From the human T2T-CHM13v2.0 reference genome, Homo sapiens, in assembly GCF_009914755.1 (NCBI RefSeq), contig NC_060925.1: a stretch of DNA of 64,000 nucleotides; one strand, 5' to 3'. Below, in pieces: positions 42,505 to 55,815 of this stretch (positions are counted from its first letter, which is position 1; each line of letters begins with the position of its first letter). A program made the translations under genes and the position numbers. The notes beneath the pieces are model-generated. The model worked only from the letters and a program-made list of their open reading frames with translations, did no database searches and was not told the DNA's origin.

Positions 42505-43790
42505 AAGTGAAATGCTCTTTTCACTATGTGGCTATTACAAACTGTGCTGTCCTGAACATTTTTGTATGTCTTTGTGCATATGTTAGAGTTTTTTTGGAGT
42601 ATATACTAGGAGAAGAATTGGTGGGTTGTAGGGATGTTGTCCTTCAAATATTTCTGCCTGTAGTATATGTGAGTTCCAGCTGTTCCATATCCTTGTTTTA
42701 TTTTGACAGAATTTAATTTTTTTAGCCCATCTGATAAGTATGAAGTGGTATCCTGTTGTTTAATTTGCATCTCCCTGATTTGTGATGAGATTGAGAATAT
42801 TTTCATATGCTCTTCTACAAATTACTTGTTAATGTCTTTTGCCAGTTAAAAAAAATTAGGTTGACTTTCGCGTATTGATTTTTTTCATAAATCCTAGATA
42901 TGAATTCTAAGTTGTATGCATTGTACATATTCTTTTTATTGATCTGTGACTTTTCTTTGTACTTTTTAAATTACCTCTCTTGATGAACAGATATTTCTAA
43001 TTTTAATGTAATTAAATTTGTTAGTCGTTTTTTTATAGTTTGTAATACTTGTCCTGAAGTGTATTTTTCTTTACCTAGATGTTGTGAAGAAATACTTGTC
43101 TATTTTCTTCAAAAAGTTGTAAAGTTCTGCTTTTCATATTTAGTTCTTTAATCTGCTCTGTATAGTACAAGGTGGTAATCCTTTGTTTCTGTGTGTGTAC
43201 GTGTGTATGTATTTATTGATTCAAAATAATTGATAACCAGCTATCCTGATACCATTGATTGAATAGTCTATACTTCATCCACTTGCTTGTAATGCCACTT
43301 GTCTCAAAGATTTTTCCTGCATAGTAGTTCCAATGTTCTCCCTGTCTTTTCCTGCTTCAATTGCCCTTTCAATAAGCTTGGATCTCTATTTAGGAAAGGC
43401 CCTTTACCTTGGTAAGGGTTTTCAAAAATTTCTTGGCTATTTCTGGCCTCCTTTTTTCATATTTTAGAATTAATTTTTTATATGTACAAATACACATACA
43501 TACTTTTTTCAGGAAGTTGTTTGTTTTATCTTATGTTTTCAGATTTACTGATGTAAAATTTTTTTTTTATATTCTTCCTTTCTTCCCCCCACATTTCTTA
43601 TTTGGCTGGATTTGTAGTTATGCTGCTCTGTAATTTTTTATTTATTTTTGCTTTCTCCCTTTTTTTTTTAATTGATCAGTCTCACCATAGATTTGTCTAT
43701 TTTTATTAATTTTTTTTTTTAAAGAACCAGCTTTTGGTTTTGTTGAATCTGTCTTTGTTTTCTATTTTCTCTATTTCTGCTGTTTGCTTT
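42505..43790 (-). mobile_element. Old L1M ORF2 3' fragments
   Basis: ORF 42606..42806 (IREMQIK..TTSY) resembles the L1 ORF2 C-terminus; T-rich + strand. Confidence 0.7.
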
Positions 43791-43949
43791 TTAATTTATT
43801 GGTGTGATGTGGAAATTGATTAGATATGGGTGAGATAGGGTTGAATGAAAGATTACTCCAAAGTTTCTTTGGTAGGGACCAGGTAGATGGTGGTATTTAC
43901 CAGCTGAAGTGGAAATAGTTGGAGGCAATTTGAGGGGAAGATGTGTAGT

Positions 43950-45515
43950 ACTTCTCAGCAAATGCAAAAGAACTGAAATCATAATAAACAGTCTCTTAGA
44001 TCACAGTCTAGTCAAATTAGAATTCAAGATTAAGAAACACACTCAAAACCACAACTACATGGAAATTGAACAGCCTGCTCCTGAATGACTCCTGGGTAAA
44101 TAATGAAATTAAGGCAGAAATAAAGAAGTCCTTTGAAACTAATGAGAACAGAGACAACATGTGAGAATCTCTGGGACTCAGCTAAAGCAGTGTTAAGAAT
44201 GAAATTTATAGCAATAAGTGCCCACATCAAAAAGCTAGAAAGATCTCAAATTGACAACCTAACATCACAACTAAGAGAACTAGATAACCAAGAGCAAACA
44301 AACCCCAAAGCTAGCAGAAGACAAGAAATAACCAAGATCAGAGCAGACCTGAAGAAGACAGAGACATGAAAAACTCTTCAAAAAATCAATGAATCCAGGA
44401 GCGGTTTTTTTTTTTTTAAACTAATAAAATAGACTGGTAGCTAAACTAATAAAGAAGAAGACAGAAGAATCAAATAGACACAATCAGAAATAATAAGGGG
44501 AATATCACCACTGACTCCACAGAAATACAAACAACCATCAGAGAATACTGTAAACACCTCTATGCACATAAACTAGAAAATCTAGAAGAAATGGGTAAGT
44601 TGCTGGATGCACACACCCTCCCAAGACTGAACCAGGAAGCAGTTAATCCCTAAATAGACCAATAACGAGTTCTGAAATTGAGGCAGTAATATAAATAGCC
44701 TACTAACCAAAAAAAGCCCAGGACCAGACAGATATACAGCTGAAATCTATGGGAGGTACAAAAAGGAGCTGGTACCATTTCTACTGAAACTATTCCAAAC
44801 AATTGAAAAGGAGGGACTCTTCCCTAACTTATTTTACGAGGCCAGCATCATCCTGATACCAAAACCTGGCATAAATAAAACAAAAAAAGAAAACTTCAGG
44901 CCAATATGCCCGATGAACATCAATGCAAAAATCCTCAGTGAAATACTGGCAAACCGAATACAGCAGCACATCAAAAAGCTTATCCACCATGATCAAGTTG
45001 GCTTCATCCCTGGGATGCAAGATTGGTTCAACATATGCAAATCAATAAATGTAACCTATAACATAAACAGAACTAAATGATTATCTTAAGAGATGCAGAA
45101 AAGGCCTTTGATAAAATTCAGTATCCCTTCATGTTAAAAACTCTCAATCAACTAGGTATTGAAGGAACATACCTCAAAATAAGAGCCATATATGACAAAT
45201 CCATATATGACAAAAAAGCCATATATGACAGCCAATATCATATTGAATGGGCAAAAGCTGAAGCATTCCCCTGGAAAACTGGCACAAGGCAAGGAAGCCC
45301 TCTCTCACCACTCCTATTCAACATAGTATTGGAAATTCTGGCCAGGGCAATCAGGCAAGAGAAGGAAATAAAGGGTATTCAAATAGGAAGAGAGGAAGTC
45401 AAATTATCTTTGTTTGCAGATGACATGATTTTATATCTAGAAAACCCCATAGTCTCAGCCCAAAAGCTTCTTAAGCTGATAAGCAACTTCAGCAAAGTCT
45501 CAGAATACAAAATCA
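43950..45515 (+). mobile_element. L1PA (older primate) internal ORF2 fragment, truncated at both ends
   Basis: ORF2 peptides [15 protein letters not shown] and [18 protein letters not shown]...[13 protein letters not shown]; frameshifts and stops present; no 3' UTR or tail. Confidence 0.93.
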
Positions 45516-45596
45516 CTTTTGGATACTGATTTTTATGAACTTTATTGGAAATCCGGATGGAGATGTTTAGGAGAGAGGTTGAACTTGAGATGAAGA

Positions 45597-46417
45597 CTCT
45601 ATTTTTTATTTTTAAGTTAAATTTAATTTCTTTTTGTCTTCTGGAATTTCTAGCTTTTTGCATTTTCTTTTTCTTTCTTTTTTTTTTTTTAAGTTCGGGG
45701 CATGTGGCAGGTTTCTTATATAGGTAAACTTGTTTCATGGGGGTTTGTTGTATACATTATTTTGTCACCTGGATATTAAGCCTAGTACCCATTAGTTATT
45801 TTTTCTGATTCTCTCCCTCCTCCCACCCTTCACCCTCCAGTAGGCCCCAGTGTCTGTTGTTTCTCTCTATGTGTCTGTTGTTTCCCTCTATGTGTCCATG
45901 TGATCTCATCATTTAGGTCCCACTTATAGGGGAGAACAAGTGGTATTTGGTTTTCTGTTCCTGAATCAGTTTTCTAAGGTCAGTGGCCTCCAACTCCATC
46001 CATATTCCCACAAAGGACATAATCTCCTTCTTTTTTATGACTGCATGGTATTCCATGATGTATATTTACCACATTTTCTTTATCCAGTCTACCAATAATG
46101 GCCATTTAGGTTGATTCTATGTCTTTGCTGTTGTGAATAGTGCTGCAGTGAACATACAGGAGCATGTGTCTTTATGATAGAACAATTTATATTCCTTTGG
46201 GTATATAACCAGTAATGGGATTGCTGGGTTGAATGGTATTTTTGTTTTTAGGTTTGAAGAATCGCCACACTGTTTTCCACAGTCGTTGAACTGATTTACA
46301 CTTCCACCGACAGTGTATAAGTGTTCCTTTTTCTCCACAACCTTGCCAGCACCTGTTATTTTTTGACTTTTTAATAATAGCCTTTTGACTTTTTAATAGT
46401 AGCCACTTTGACTGGTG
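45597..46417 (-). mobile_element. 5'-truncated L1PA 3' end (L1PA11-15-like) with composite tail
   Basis: ORF2 C-terminal peptides (IIKKSKNNRCW; PFNPAIPLL.IYPKEYK), L1PA 3' UTR and poly(T). TSD TGAGA(T/C)GAAGA at 45586-45596 and 46418-46428. Confidence 0.92.
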
Positions 46418-46747
46418 TGAGACGAAGATATTGATATTTGATATTGACAGTGGAGAGTAGCTGGAAGAAAGGGGAAGACAAAAGGAGTTTTTTTGGGGAA
46501 GGTTTAGTGGGAAGCTTTTCTGGCTTGTCACCATCTGTATTTCTATTTTATTAAAAAAATTCTGAATTGCTAGGGCGATTGGGCATATATTTACAATAAC
46601 TGACATGTAAGTACCTTTCAGTAGACTAAAAAAAAACAGGGAGTTGTCACCTTCCCCTAGGGCCTAGCACAGGTGAAACATTTTAAATGCATTTGTGGAA
46701 TCAACCCTTGACTCTCCACAAGAGTATACATACTGTTCTGTCATTTA

Positions 46748-47258
<511 letters not shown>

Positions 47259-47852
47259 TTAATAAATAGAAGACATTTATTAATCTGTATTTAAGGAAGA
47301 TAAGTAATTTTCTTCCAATGGTCTGAGATATTTCTTTTAATAAAAGGTTATCTATAAATATATCTTCTGTTATTGTTCCTGCTACCAGAAGACATTTTTC
47401 TTCGCAGATTTTGGTCTTAGTATGATGATTAAGATAAAGTTAATAATTTATTAATTGAAAGTGAGTCAGACTCTTATCCATTACTATATTCTAGGAAAAT
47501 TGGAAAGTTTAATGTTATTAATTCTAAAGCTAAGCTTAATGCTTCTGAGAAGCTCAAAGGGCATTATTGCTTATAGACCAATGTCTACAAAGCTGTATTT
47601 AAGTCAGGAAAGGGTTATCACAAGCTGATTTAGTGCAGCAACCAAGTAAAAGATGCATGAGAACAGAGTTCTCAGGTGACTTCTTGATGTTTCTGTAAAT
47701 TATCTGTCTGGCTTTGGAATAAGCACTTATTTGTGGAAAATGTATTATTTACAGTTTGGAGTAAATGTTCATAGAAAAGTTACCCAGTTTGATGCTTTGT
47801 CGAGAGCTGGATTTAAGTTTAAATCTTGGTTCCCCACTTGCTAGCTGTGTGA

Positions 47853-48276
47853 CGTATCTGTTAGGAATAGATTTAGCTTTAAGTAGTAACAGTGGCAAAA
47901 CTACAAAGGGGTTTATTTTTCTCACATAATGAGAAATCTTTTTCAGTGACAGTAATTATAGTAATGTTCAGCGATGCCAGGGCTGGAATCTCTGTGATTC
48001 TTCGAACTTTTTCTCATAAAGAAAACCTGGCTGCTTTAGCTTGAGGCGTCATATCCACATGGTGGGCTGGGAGAAAGGAGGGAAGGGCAAAGGCAGCTTT
48101 TATCAGGACAAGATAATTTTGCTTATGTCTTTGGCCAAGTCCAGGTTATGTGGTTAAGTCCAGCTGAAAGACTGGCTGGCAGATGAGTAATTAGCTTTTT
48201 AGCGGCTGAGGTAGAGGCATGCAAGGAAGAGTTTGGGAATGGACGTGGGGTTGGTCAGTCTACAGAGTCTGCCACA
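47853..48276 (-). mobile_element. Old MLT1 (MaLR) solo LTR nested in a MIR
   Basis: GTATCTGTTAGGA...TTTATTTTTCTCACATAA...GTCTGCCACA. MIR-like sequence flanks both sides (47800-47852, 48277-48520). Confidence 0.6.
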
Positions 48277-48870
48277 GTGACCATGAGTGCCACTGGTAAC
48301 CTGAATAAGCCTCACTTTTCTCTTGGGTATAGTAATAGAACCACTGGGGGTGGGACTTGGACTTTTTGTGTACCACTAAATCTCTAGCATCTAACACAAG
48401 GCCTGGCAGATGTATTTGTTTGGTGAATTAATACATGAAGATTATCATGAGAATTATATGAGGTATATAAGGTACTTGGCCCGGTACTTGGCACATAGTA
48501 GTATATAAATGGTATCTACTTTAGTGTTCAAGCTATGTAGAAATATAAATTTCTGTAATGTAATTATATTTGTTTTATTAGTCATTTACTGTATAATATT
48601 GCAGTTTCATTAGTTTCTTGACAGTTAACATTTCTAATAAAGAATAGTTTTTGACTGGTGTGGTCTTTGCCTACTATGTAGATACAGTGACAAAGATAGA
48701 GAAAGAATTAATGTATGTGAATACCAATATGATAAGATACTGTGAAGTTTCTTAATAAAGCACTTTTCTTTGAAAATGTGGATTGGATATAATTGCTTTT
48801 TTAAGAAATTTTTTATCGAAGTGCAACAAACAAATAGTACATTACATATTTAAGTGTACAGCTCAGCAAT

Positions 48871-49619
48871 TTTTTTTCAAATTTGTTTTCAACATTTAGT
48901 TTATCATCTTCAAAAAATAGCTCCCCTGCTTAACTCATTAGCTGTATGATCTATCCAAGCAGCAAGAAGATGGTCATGCCATGGCAATCCTCTTCCCATT
49001 TTCCCTAGCCACTCAGGGCTGAACAGCAGGGTTAGGCTCAGGTGGGGGTAGGGGTGGGGAGCCCAAGGGCTACTTTCCCCTGGTACAATATGGCATCTGA
49101 AGTTCGATGGGAGAACAGAACTGGTGAGACTTGAGGGTAAGGTCCAGGGCCTGTATTCAGTCAGAGTCACTGATGGAAGAGGAGGAGGAATGCTTGCCAT
49201 GCTCGTGGTGCTTGTGCATCTTTTTGTGAGCTTTCTTCATTTTCATCTGCATCTTCTTGTCCTCTATCACTCCTAGTCCGAACATGCCAGGAGCCAAGGG
49301 ATTCACAGGAGGCATCCAGGGGCAGGTGGTGGGTATGGAGGAGGGTAGGGACCCGAGGATTGGCATCCTGGATACCCTGGCTGTGGCACAGGATGAGGGG
49401 GCCCACCTGGGGGGAAAGCTGGATTGCCCTGGGAGAGGAAGAAAGGGGCCTTGGGGAAAGGGTGGATTGATAGGTGGTGGGTGGGCAGGATTGGAACCTC
49501 CAGGGTACCCTATGGTGGGGGGATATGGATTTGGTCCTGGCTGGCCGGCATTGGGATTCCACATGTTGAGGTGTGTCCTCCAGCCTTTCCACCACCGCCT
49601 GGGCTTGATGCATTCTCCT
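48871..49619 (-). pseudogene. PRR13P1: Processed copy of proline-rich 13 (PRR13); ORF 49157..49564
   Basis: The ORF begins MWNPNAGQPGPNPYPP and ends KKAHKKMHKH...SSSSSISDSD, matching PRR13. It is intronless with 3' UTR and a poly(A) remnant (T run 48870-48877). Degenerate TSD CAGCTCA..ATTTTT at 48859 and 49620. The P1 number is from recall. Confidence 0.9.
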
Positions 49620-49729
49620 CAGCTCAATACATTTTTAGAAGGGAACCCCCCATGTGACCACACACTAGGTGAAAATGTAGGACATTACGAGCACTGTGGA
49701 AGCTTTCCTTGGGCTTCCTTCCCTTGATC

Positions 49730-50810
49730 CTGGTTACTAGTCCGGTGGCCAAGAGGTGATAAATACTGATGGGACCTGTGTATCCTATGAGGTAGAAGCG
49801 CCTGTATTGTCTTCAGGTGAAGGAGGAGTGGGCCTCTTCTGCAGGCCCAGAGAGTTTAAGGTGATCTGGGGTTTCAAGATTTTCAAGCCTGTCGACCCAC
49901 ATGTCGCTATGTAAAGTCTCAGTCTTGGTTCTTCCCAGACAGGATCCTGTGCTTGGAATAGCAGATTTGCCAGGATTGAGTATTCAATGTTAGGTATTCA
50001 GGGTTTTTTGGCAATTTGTTGCCCTGATAATTAAATCCTTGGCCTGATTCTCAGCTCTTTCTGCTTTCTAACTGTGAGGAAGATGAGAATCTCTTTCCGT
50101 TCTCCACAGAGGCTTTTTAACCTTTCACATGTCACCTCAAATGATTCTCAGTTTTTAATTCCCTCTCCCCACAATTCGTCGGTAGCCCCCAGCAAAAGCT
50201 GATTCTGTAGTCCTTATAATTACTACTTCCTGTCAGCCTTTCAGATGCCTGAGATATTTCACCTCCCAATAAATTTCCTTCAGTTGGTATCCTGTGCCCA
50301 CTTCGTGGTTGGTGAAAGTTTTAATAATTGCACTACTGCTTATGTGGGGGGCTATCCATACTTCCACCTACCATCAGTAATGGGACTCCTCATTACCAAC
50401 CAGTGATGGAGCTGCAAATTCCCATGTTTGAGTCTGCTTTCTGGTCCACTTTAGTAGCAGCTGTCATTTAGCTGAATTCTCCAGGAAAGATTCAGAGATG
50501 GAGATCTGCATATATGGTGTTTATTGTATAATGCTTTTGGGAAGAGCACCATGAAGGAAGCAAGATGGATAGAAGAACCTGAACTGCAATATGGTTGCAG
50601 TAGAGGTTGCAGCCAGTCCCCTGGGGGCATTCTGCAGCTAGAACAGCCCTTCAGGAAGTGGTGTAGACCTTTGTTCAGTCACCTTGACCAGTCATTGGAT
50701 GCAGCTGCTTAGAGAGAGACACAGGTGTGAGCCATCACTCCCTGCAGCTTGGGGAATGAATGCCTTAGTCCTGGAGGGTGATCTGCACAGCACACCATAG
50801 TATCCACTGC
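49730..50810 (-). mobile_element. ERV-L-family LTR (LTR16/LTR33-like, ~50462-50810) plus adjacent internal segment
   Basis: LTR pattern GAACTGCAATATGGTTGCAGTAGAGG...CAGCCCTTCAG, next to a leader/gag-like internal region; subfamily uncertain. Confidence 0.55.
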
Positions 50811-51917
50811 AGAAGCTTAGATACTGATTTTCAGATTTTCTTTGTTTTCTAGTGCACACATTTAATTAATTAGTTAATTGTGTGGTTTAACTCCTCTCTC
50901 TATACTATACTTTTTTTTTTATATTGCTTTTTCTGTTTGCTGCTGGAATTGTTTTTATCCCCTTTTAGTACTATTCGTTTTTGCTTTATATATTCTGGCT
51001 ATGTTATTCAAATGTGGGATTGTTACGTCTTGCTGACGTGTATCTATTATTTTTATGAAATATTCCTCTTTATTTCTAATTCTTTTGGTCTTAAAAGCTA
51101 CTTTGTCTAATATAAATAAAGTTACACCAGACTTCTTTTGGCCAGTGTCCACATAGTGTTTCTTTTTCATCTTTCAAAAAATGTTTTTATGTTCTGATAT
51201 GTAAGACATGTCTTACAAGCAACTTAGAATTAAAAAAAAAGTTAGTTGGATAATTTTTGTTTTTCAATTCGAGCTTTTTGTTCATTCAGTGTCATACTAA
51301 TATATTTAGATTTAAATCTGTCATCTTATTTGTTTTCTATTGTTCCAACTGCTCTTTGTCCTATTTTGCCTCCTTTCTTGCTCTCCTTTAAGATTACTTA
51401 AATTTTTTGCTACTTCTTGCCCCATTACCCTGCTCTTTGTGCATTCATTCATTCTATTGGTGAACACTCTAGAGATTTCAATGCATCTTTGACCTATTAA
51501 AACCAATATTTAATTAGGACTTCTATTGTTTTGTGGACAGTGCATTTTTTTCTTTTATAGATTTCAGATTTCTGAGAAATTCTCTATTTTAGTCTAATTT
51601 ATAGAGCATATTAATCATAATTATTTTAGTTTCTGATTATTCTAAAATCTGGTTCATATATGGGCCTATTTCTGTTGTCCTCCTCCTTATTTTGGTTTCT
51701 GTATCCAATTTCTTGGCCAGCTTGCTTTTTTTTCTAATTGTATACCAGATATGTATACGAAAACTTGTTGAGGCTTTAAATGGTACCACCATCTCCAGAG
51801 ATGATTCAATATTTTTTATTATGAGCATATCTGCTTTAAGTGCAGGCTGATCTGTCTTCAGAGGTCTTGACTGAATGATGAGGGTGTTTACACAGACCTC
51901 TGCTCTTTGTTGCTTTC

Positions 51918-52228
51918 TTTTCTTTCTTTCTTTTTTTTTTTTTTTGGAGATGGGGTCTTGCTCTGTTGCCCAGGCTGGAGTGCAGTGGCATGATCTTGGC
52001 TAACTGCAACCTCTGCCACCTGGCTTCAAGTGATTCTCCTGCCTTAGCCTCCTGAGTAGCTGGGACTACAGGCATGTGCTACCAAACCTGGCTAATTTTT
52101 GTATTTTTAGTAGAGATGGGGTTTCACCATATTGGCCAGGCTGGTCTCAAACTCCTGACCCCAGATGATCTGCCTGCCTCGGCCTCCCAAAGTGTTGGGA
52201 TTACAGGCATGAGCCACTGTGCCAGGCC
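51918..52228 (-). mobile_element. AluS
   Basis: Full reverse-complement Alu with T tail. Confidence 0.93.
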
Positions 52229-52769
52229 CTTTGGTGCTTTCTATACTCCAGTTTTGTCTCCCTAGCACTGAGTCTGCCAGAAATCTTGGCTTTGCTTTTT
52301 ATCCTGTTAGCAATGCTTTTGCTTTGGTTTCTTGGATTATTTGGGAGATTACAGACTTAATGGGTGCCCTCTCTGTGGAGATTATGTGTTTATTCATGTT
52401 GGCTTGTTGAGATTTATAGGATTTTAGGTAGAGAGTGATTTTTGTGGTACATAATGTGTGGAGTATATTTTCATTGTATATAATTGCTTAATTTCTACTT
52501 TTGTTTTTTTAAGTGGAAGAGGGTGCTGTTTTTGTGTGTTGTGTTGACGAGGGGATAACAGAAGCATAAATTAATGAGTCCCACCAGAATTTACTCCATA
52601 GGTCATACCTAAATTTATACAGTGGTTGGCCGCAAAGTATTTCAGTTTTATTTTAGGATACACTGAATGGGTCTGTATTCTATGCTGTCTCTTAGAATTG
52701 TTTTATTAGTTTCATTTGAAAAGCCAGGAGTATATAGTGGTTTTTTTTAACATATAAAATGTTATGTAC

Positions 52770-52943
52770 TGTGCCTGTTTTTGTAAATAAAGTATTATTG
52801 GCACATAGTCACGTATGTCCCTTTATATATTTTTATGGCTGCTTTGCCATTAGAGTTGAACAGTTGGAACAGAGAGCATTTGATGCCTGTGAAGCTTAAA
52901 ATACTTACTGTCTGACCCTTTACCAAAAGGTTGCTAATTCCTG
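52770..52943 (-). mobile_element. MER58A-like element
   Basis: TTTTTGTAAATAAAGTATTATTGG...AAAATACTTACTGTCTGACCCTTTAC is the reverse complement of the MER58 pattern. Confidence 0.7.
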
Positions 52944-53944
52944 CTTTAGTTAGCAAACTAAAGTGATTCAGTTCTTTTTATAGAATCCATCATTAATATT
53001 CTAAGGAATTGGCTGTAGCTGAAGGAATATATCTTCTCTCTCCTTTTCTTTTGTCCTTATATAATTTTTATGCTCTTCTGCTCCCATTTTCTTCTCTTTC
53101 CGGAGCCTCACCCTGTTGATAGTCTTTTAGGAAAATCCAGGTGACACCAAGACACACTTGGAGTTTTTGCACCAGAGATTTGTAAGTATAGAGGAGGAGG
53201 CATGTCTTCCGACATAGTGACCATAAACAAGAAACACTTGAAGGTCACAGTCAAGCTTTATTTAAAAATATAGCATATATCGAGATTGGTTTGAGAATTG
53301 GGGAACCCTTTGTTCAGCAATGGCTTTTAATAAACTGTGTGGCAATCACAAAGAGCACTGTAGTTTGGATTTAGCACCAAGCTAAAGTTTCATATCTTAG
53401 GACAGTTTATTACAATCAATTCATCTCAGGGCATCTAGTCTGCTGACTCTTTTTGGCTTTACCTAAAAAGTCAGAGGTACTTCAGCCACGTCTATTTCCA
53501 AACCAGAAATAACTCAGACGTAGCCTCAGCAGCACTAGAGATCCACATTAGTTACACTGGCTTAGGATTTAAATGTTCACAGGCATCAATCATCATATTA
53601 ATGTTTCAGTGCCGTTGTAGGTGTCGTCAGGAATATTAAAAAAAAAAAATGTGACCCAGCCTTTCTTCACAAGGAGGATTGGAGAGGGCTGGTTTGGCGC
53701 TTTCCTCACTTTAGCAATCCCCTGTCAATCATTGAGTAACTTGCCCAAAATCCTGTGTGGAAACTCATTACTGTTAAAGGTGTTATTTTTGGATGGAAGC
53801 AAATGATTGTAGCACCTCTAATGCTGTATGCACAGCCTCTCAGGCAGGTGGTGTTCCACGTCCGTGTTCTCCCTTCCAGTTCACTGGTGAGTGTTACCAG
53901 AAATCACAGTGGCTACGCTGGTGCTGCTTTTCTCAGAATCTCTC

Positions 53945-54261
53945 TGTATTAGTCTGTTCTGAAAAAGAAGTCTAATGGAATCATAGTTTCACGTGGCTAG
54001 GGAGGCCTCACAATTCATGGTGGAAAGTGAAAGACATGTTTTACATGGCAGCAGATGAGAGAATGAGAGCCAAGCGAAAAGGGAAACCCTTTATAAGACC
54101 ATCAGATTTTGTGAGACTTATTCACTACCATGAGAGCAACATGGGGGAATCTGCCCCCATGATTCAGTTATTTCCCACTGGGTCCCTCGCACACCACATG
54201 GGAATTATGGGAGCTATAATTCAGGATGAGATTTGGGTGGGGACACAGCCAAACCAAATAA
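53945..54261 (-). mobile_element. THE1 (MaLR) solo LTR with internal deletion
   Basis: TGTATTAGTCTGTTCT...GAGATTTGGGTGGGGACACAGCCAAACC; 5-bp TSD CTCTC at 53940-53944 and 54262-54266. Confidence 0.9.
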
Positions 54262-55353
54262 CTCTCCCTTATCCCAAATGACTCTAGGGTCAGGGATGGG
54301 AAGGCTGGAGAAAAAAATGGAAACAATAATACATTGGGAAAACACCTTTCTACCACTTCTTTTTTTTCAGGCTAGAATTGACATATTTGAATTACAAATG
54401 CTTTTGGAGTAAAATAAAATACTATGACGTTTTCATGAGTTCTCACATGGCATTTATAACCATCCTTCCCCGCTGCCAGTAATTTCTAAAGTCTGTTAAT
54501 CTTTGTGATTGGGATGTATTTATATAAAACTGAAGGGGGTGAAATAGATGATATGTCACAAGCCTTTAGATGGAGTGTCACATTAGTTACAGTTAATATT
54601 GGCTTAGGGCTGCATTTCTCAAGCCTGGTGCTTGAAACTGTCTTCCTGGATCATCAGTTCCACTGAAGATTTTTTTAAAGAAAAATCTTTTGTATAATGA
54701 AGAGGAACATAAAAACAACTCATCTTTAAAAGAAAAAGTAGATTTTGAATGAATTTCTTACTTACATGGACTTGCTTCTGGTTGCACCCCCAGGTACAGG
54801 AATAGACTTTATCTTCATTGCTCATGGAAAGGTTTGAGAAGCAATACATTAAGACAAACACACAAGAACTCTGTTACTTTAATGTCTAGGAGAAGTAGAG
54901 ATTTCTGTCTGTGCGGACATTGGTATCTATTCCAGAGAAGGGAAGCTGATTCTGTTGTGACTCAGACAATCTTACTGAATTTTGGAGAATAAAGCCCCTT
55001 TTCATCCAGTGAGGACTGTGAGAAGTAACATCATGTGTTTGAAAACACTTCCTAGTCAGTAAAAACAGGAGCAGTCATGACAGAAATAATAAAACTAACA
55101 AAAGAATGAACCTCACCCCCCACATCTAAAGCAGGGGCTGCTAATAAAGAGAGCTCAGAAAAAGACCCATTGGTTTGACCTGTGGCCTAGAAAGTGACAG
55201 AGGTTGAATTCATTTTTTTTTTGTGTGTGTGTGTCCTTCCTTCCTTCCTTCCTTCCTGTTTTCTTTTGTAAAATATTTTTTCATAGATCCTTTTTGGGAA
55301 AGTAGTAGTCTTTGTATTTTGAGGATACAATGGAAAACTTTAGAGATGAGAGC

Positions 55354-55666
55354 GGCCAGTTGCAGGGGCTCATGCCCATATCCCAGCACTTTGGGAGCCT
55401 GATGTGGAAGGATGACTTGAGGCCAGGATTTGAGACTGGCCTGGGCAGCATAGCGAGATCCTGTCTCTACAAAAAAATTTCTTAAAAATTAGCTGGGCAT
55501 GTTGGCACGTGCCTGTGAGCCCAGCTACCCGGGAGGCTGGAGCGGGAGGATCTCTGGAGCCCAGGAGTTAGAGGCTGCAGTGAGCCGTGATTGCACCACT
55601 GCACTCCAGCCCGTGTGACAGAGTAAGAGTCTGATACAAAAGAATAATACAAAAATAAAAAATAAA
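55354..55666 (+). mobile_element. AluJ
   Basis: Dimeric Alu flanked by ATGAGAGC repeats. Confidence 0.9.
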
Positions 55667-55815
55667 TATGAGAGCAAGTCATAACACTTATTTTTTGCTG
55701 TGCTGTAATGTTGTTACAGTACCTAAAATGGCATATATTGAGATGCTTGATTTCTTTTTGTTTTTAAAGTTTAATGGGTTAGATCTGTATTTGTTATTTT
55801 AAAAATGAAACTCAG

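Noticed and set aside
45077-45529. Reverse transcriptase ORF (LFADD motif) as a novel RT system
   Set aside because: An ordinary fragment of LINE-1 ORF2 within a truncated, mutated element.
49167-49727. ORFs of 148 aa (-) and 156 aa (+) overlapping the PRR13 copy
   Set aside because: Alternative-frame and antisense shadows of a C-rich proline-coding sequence.
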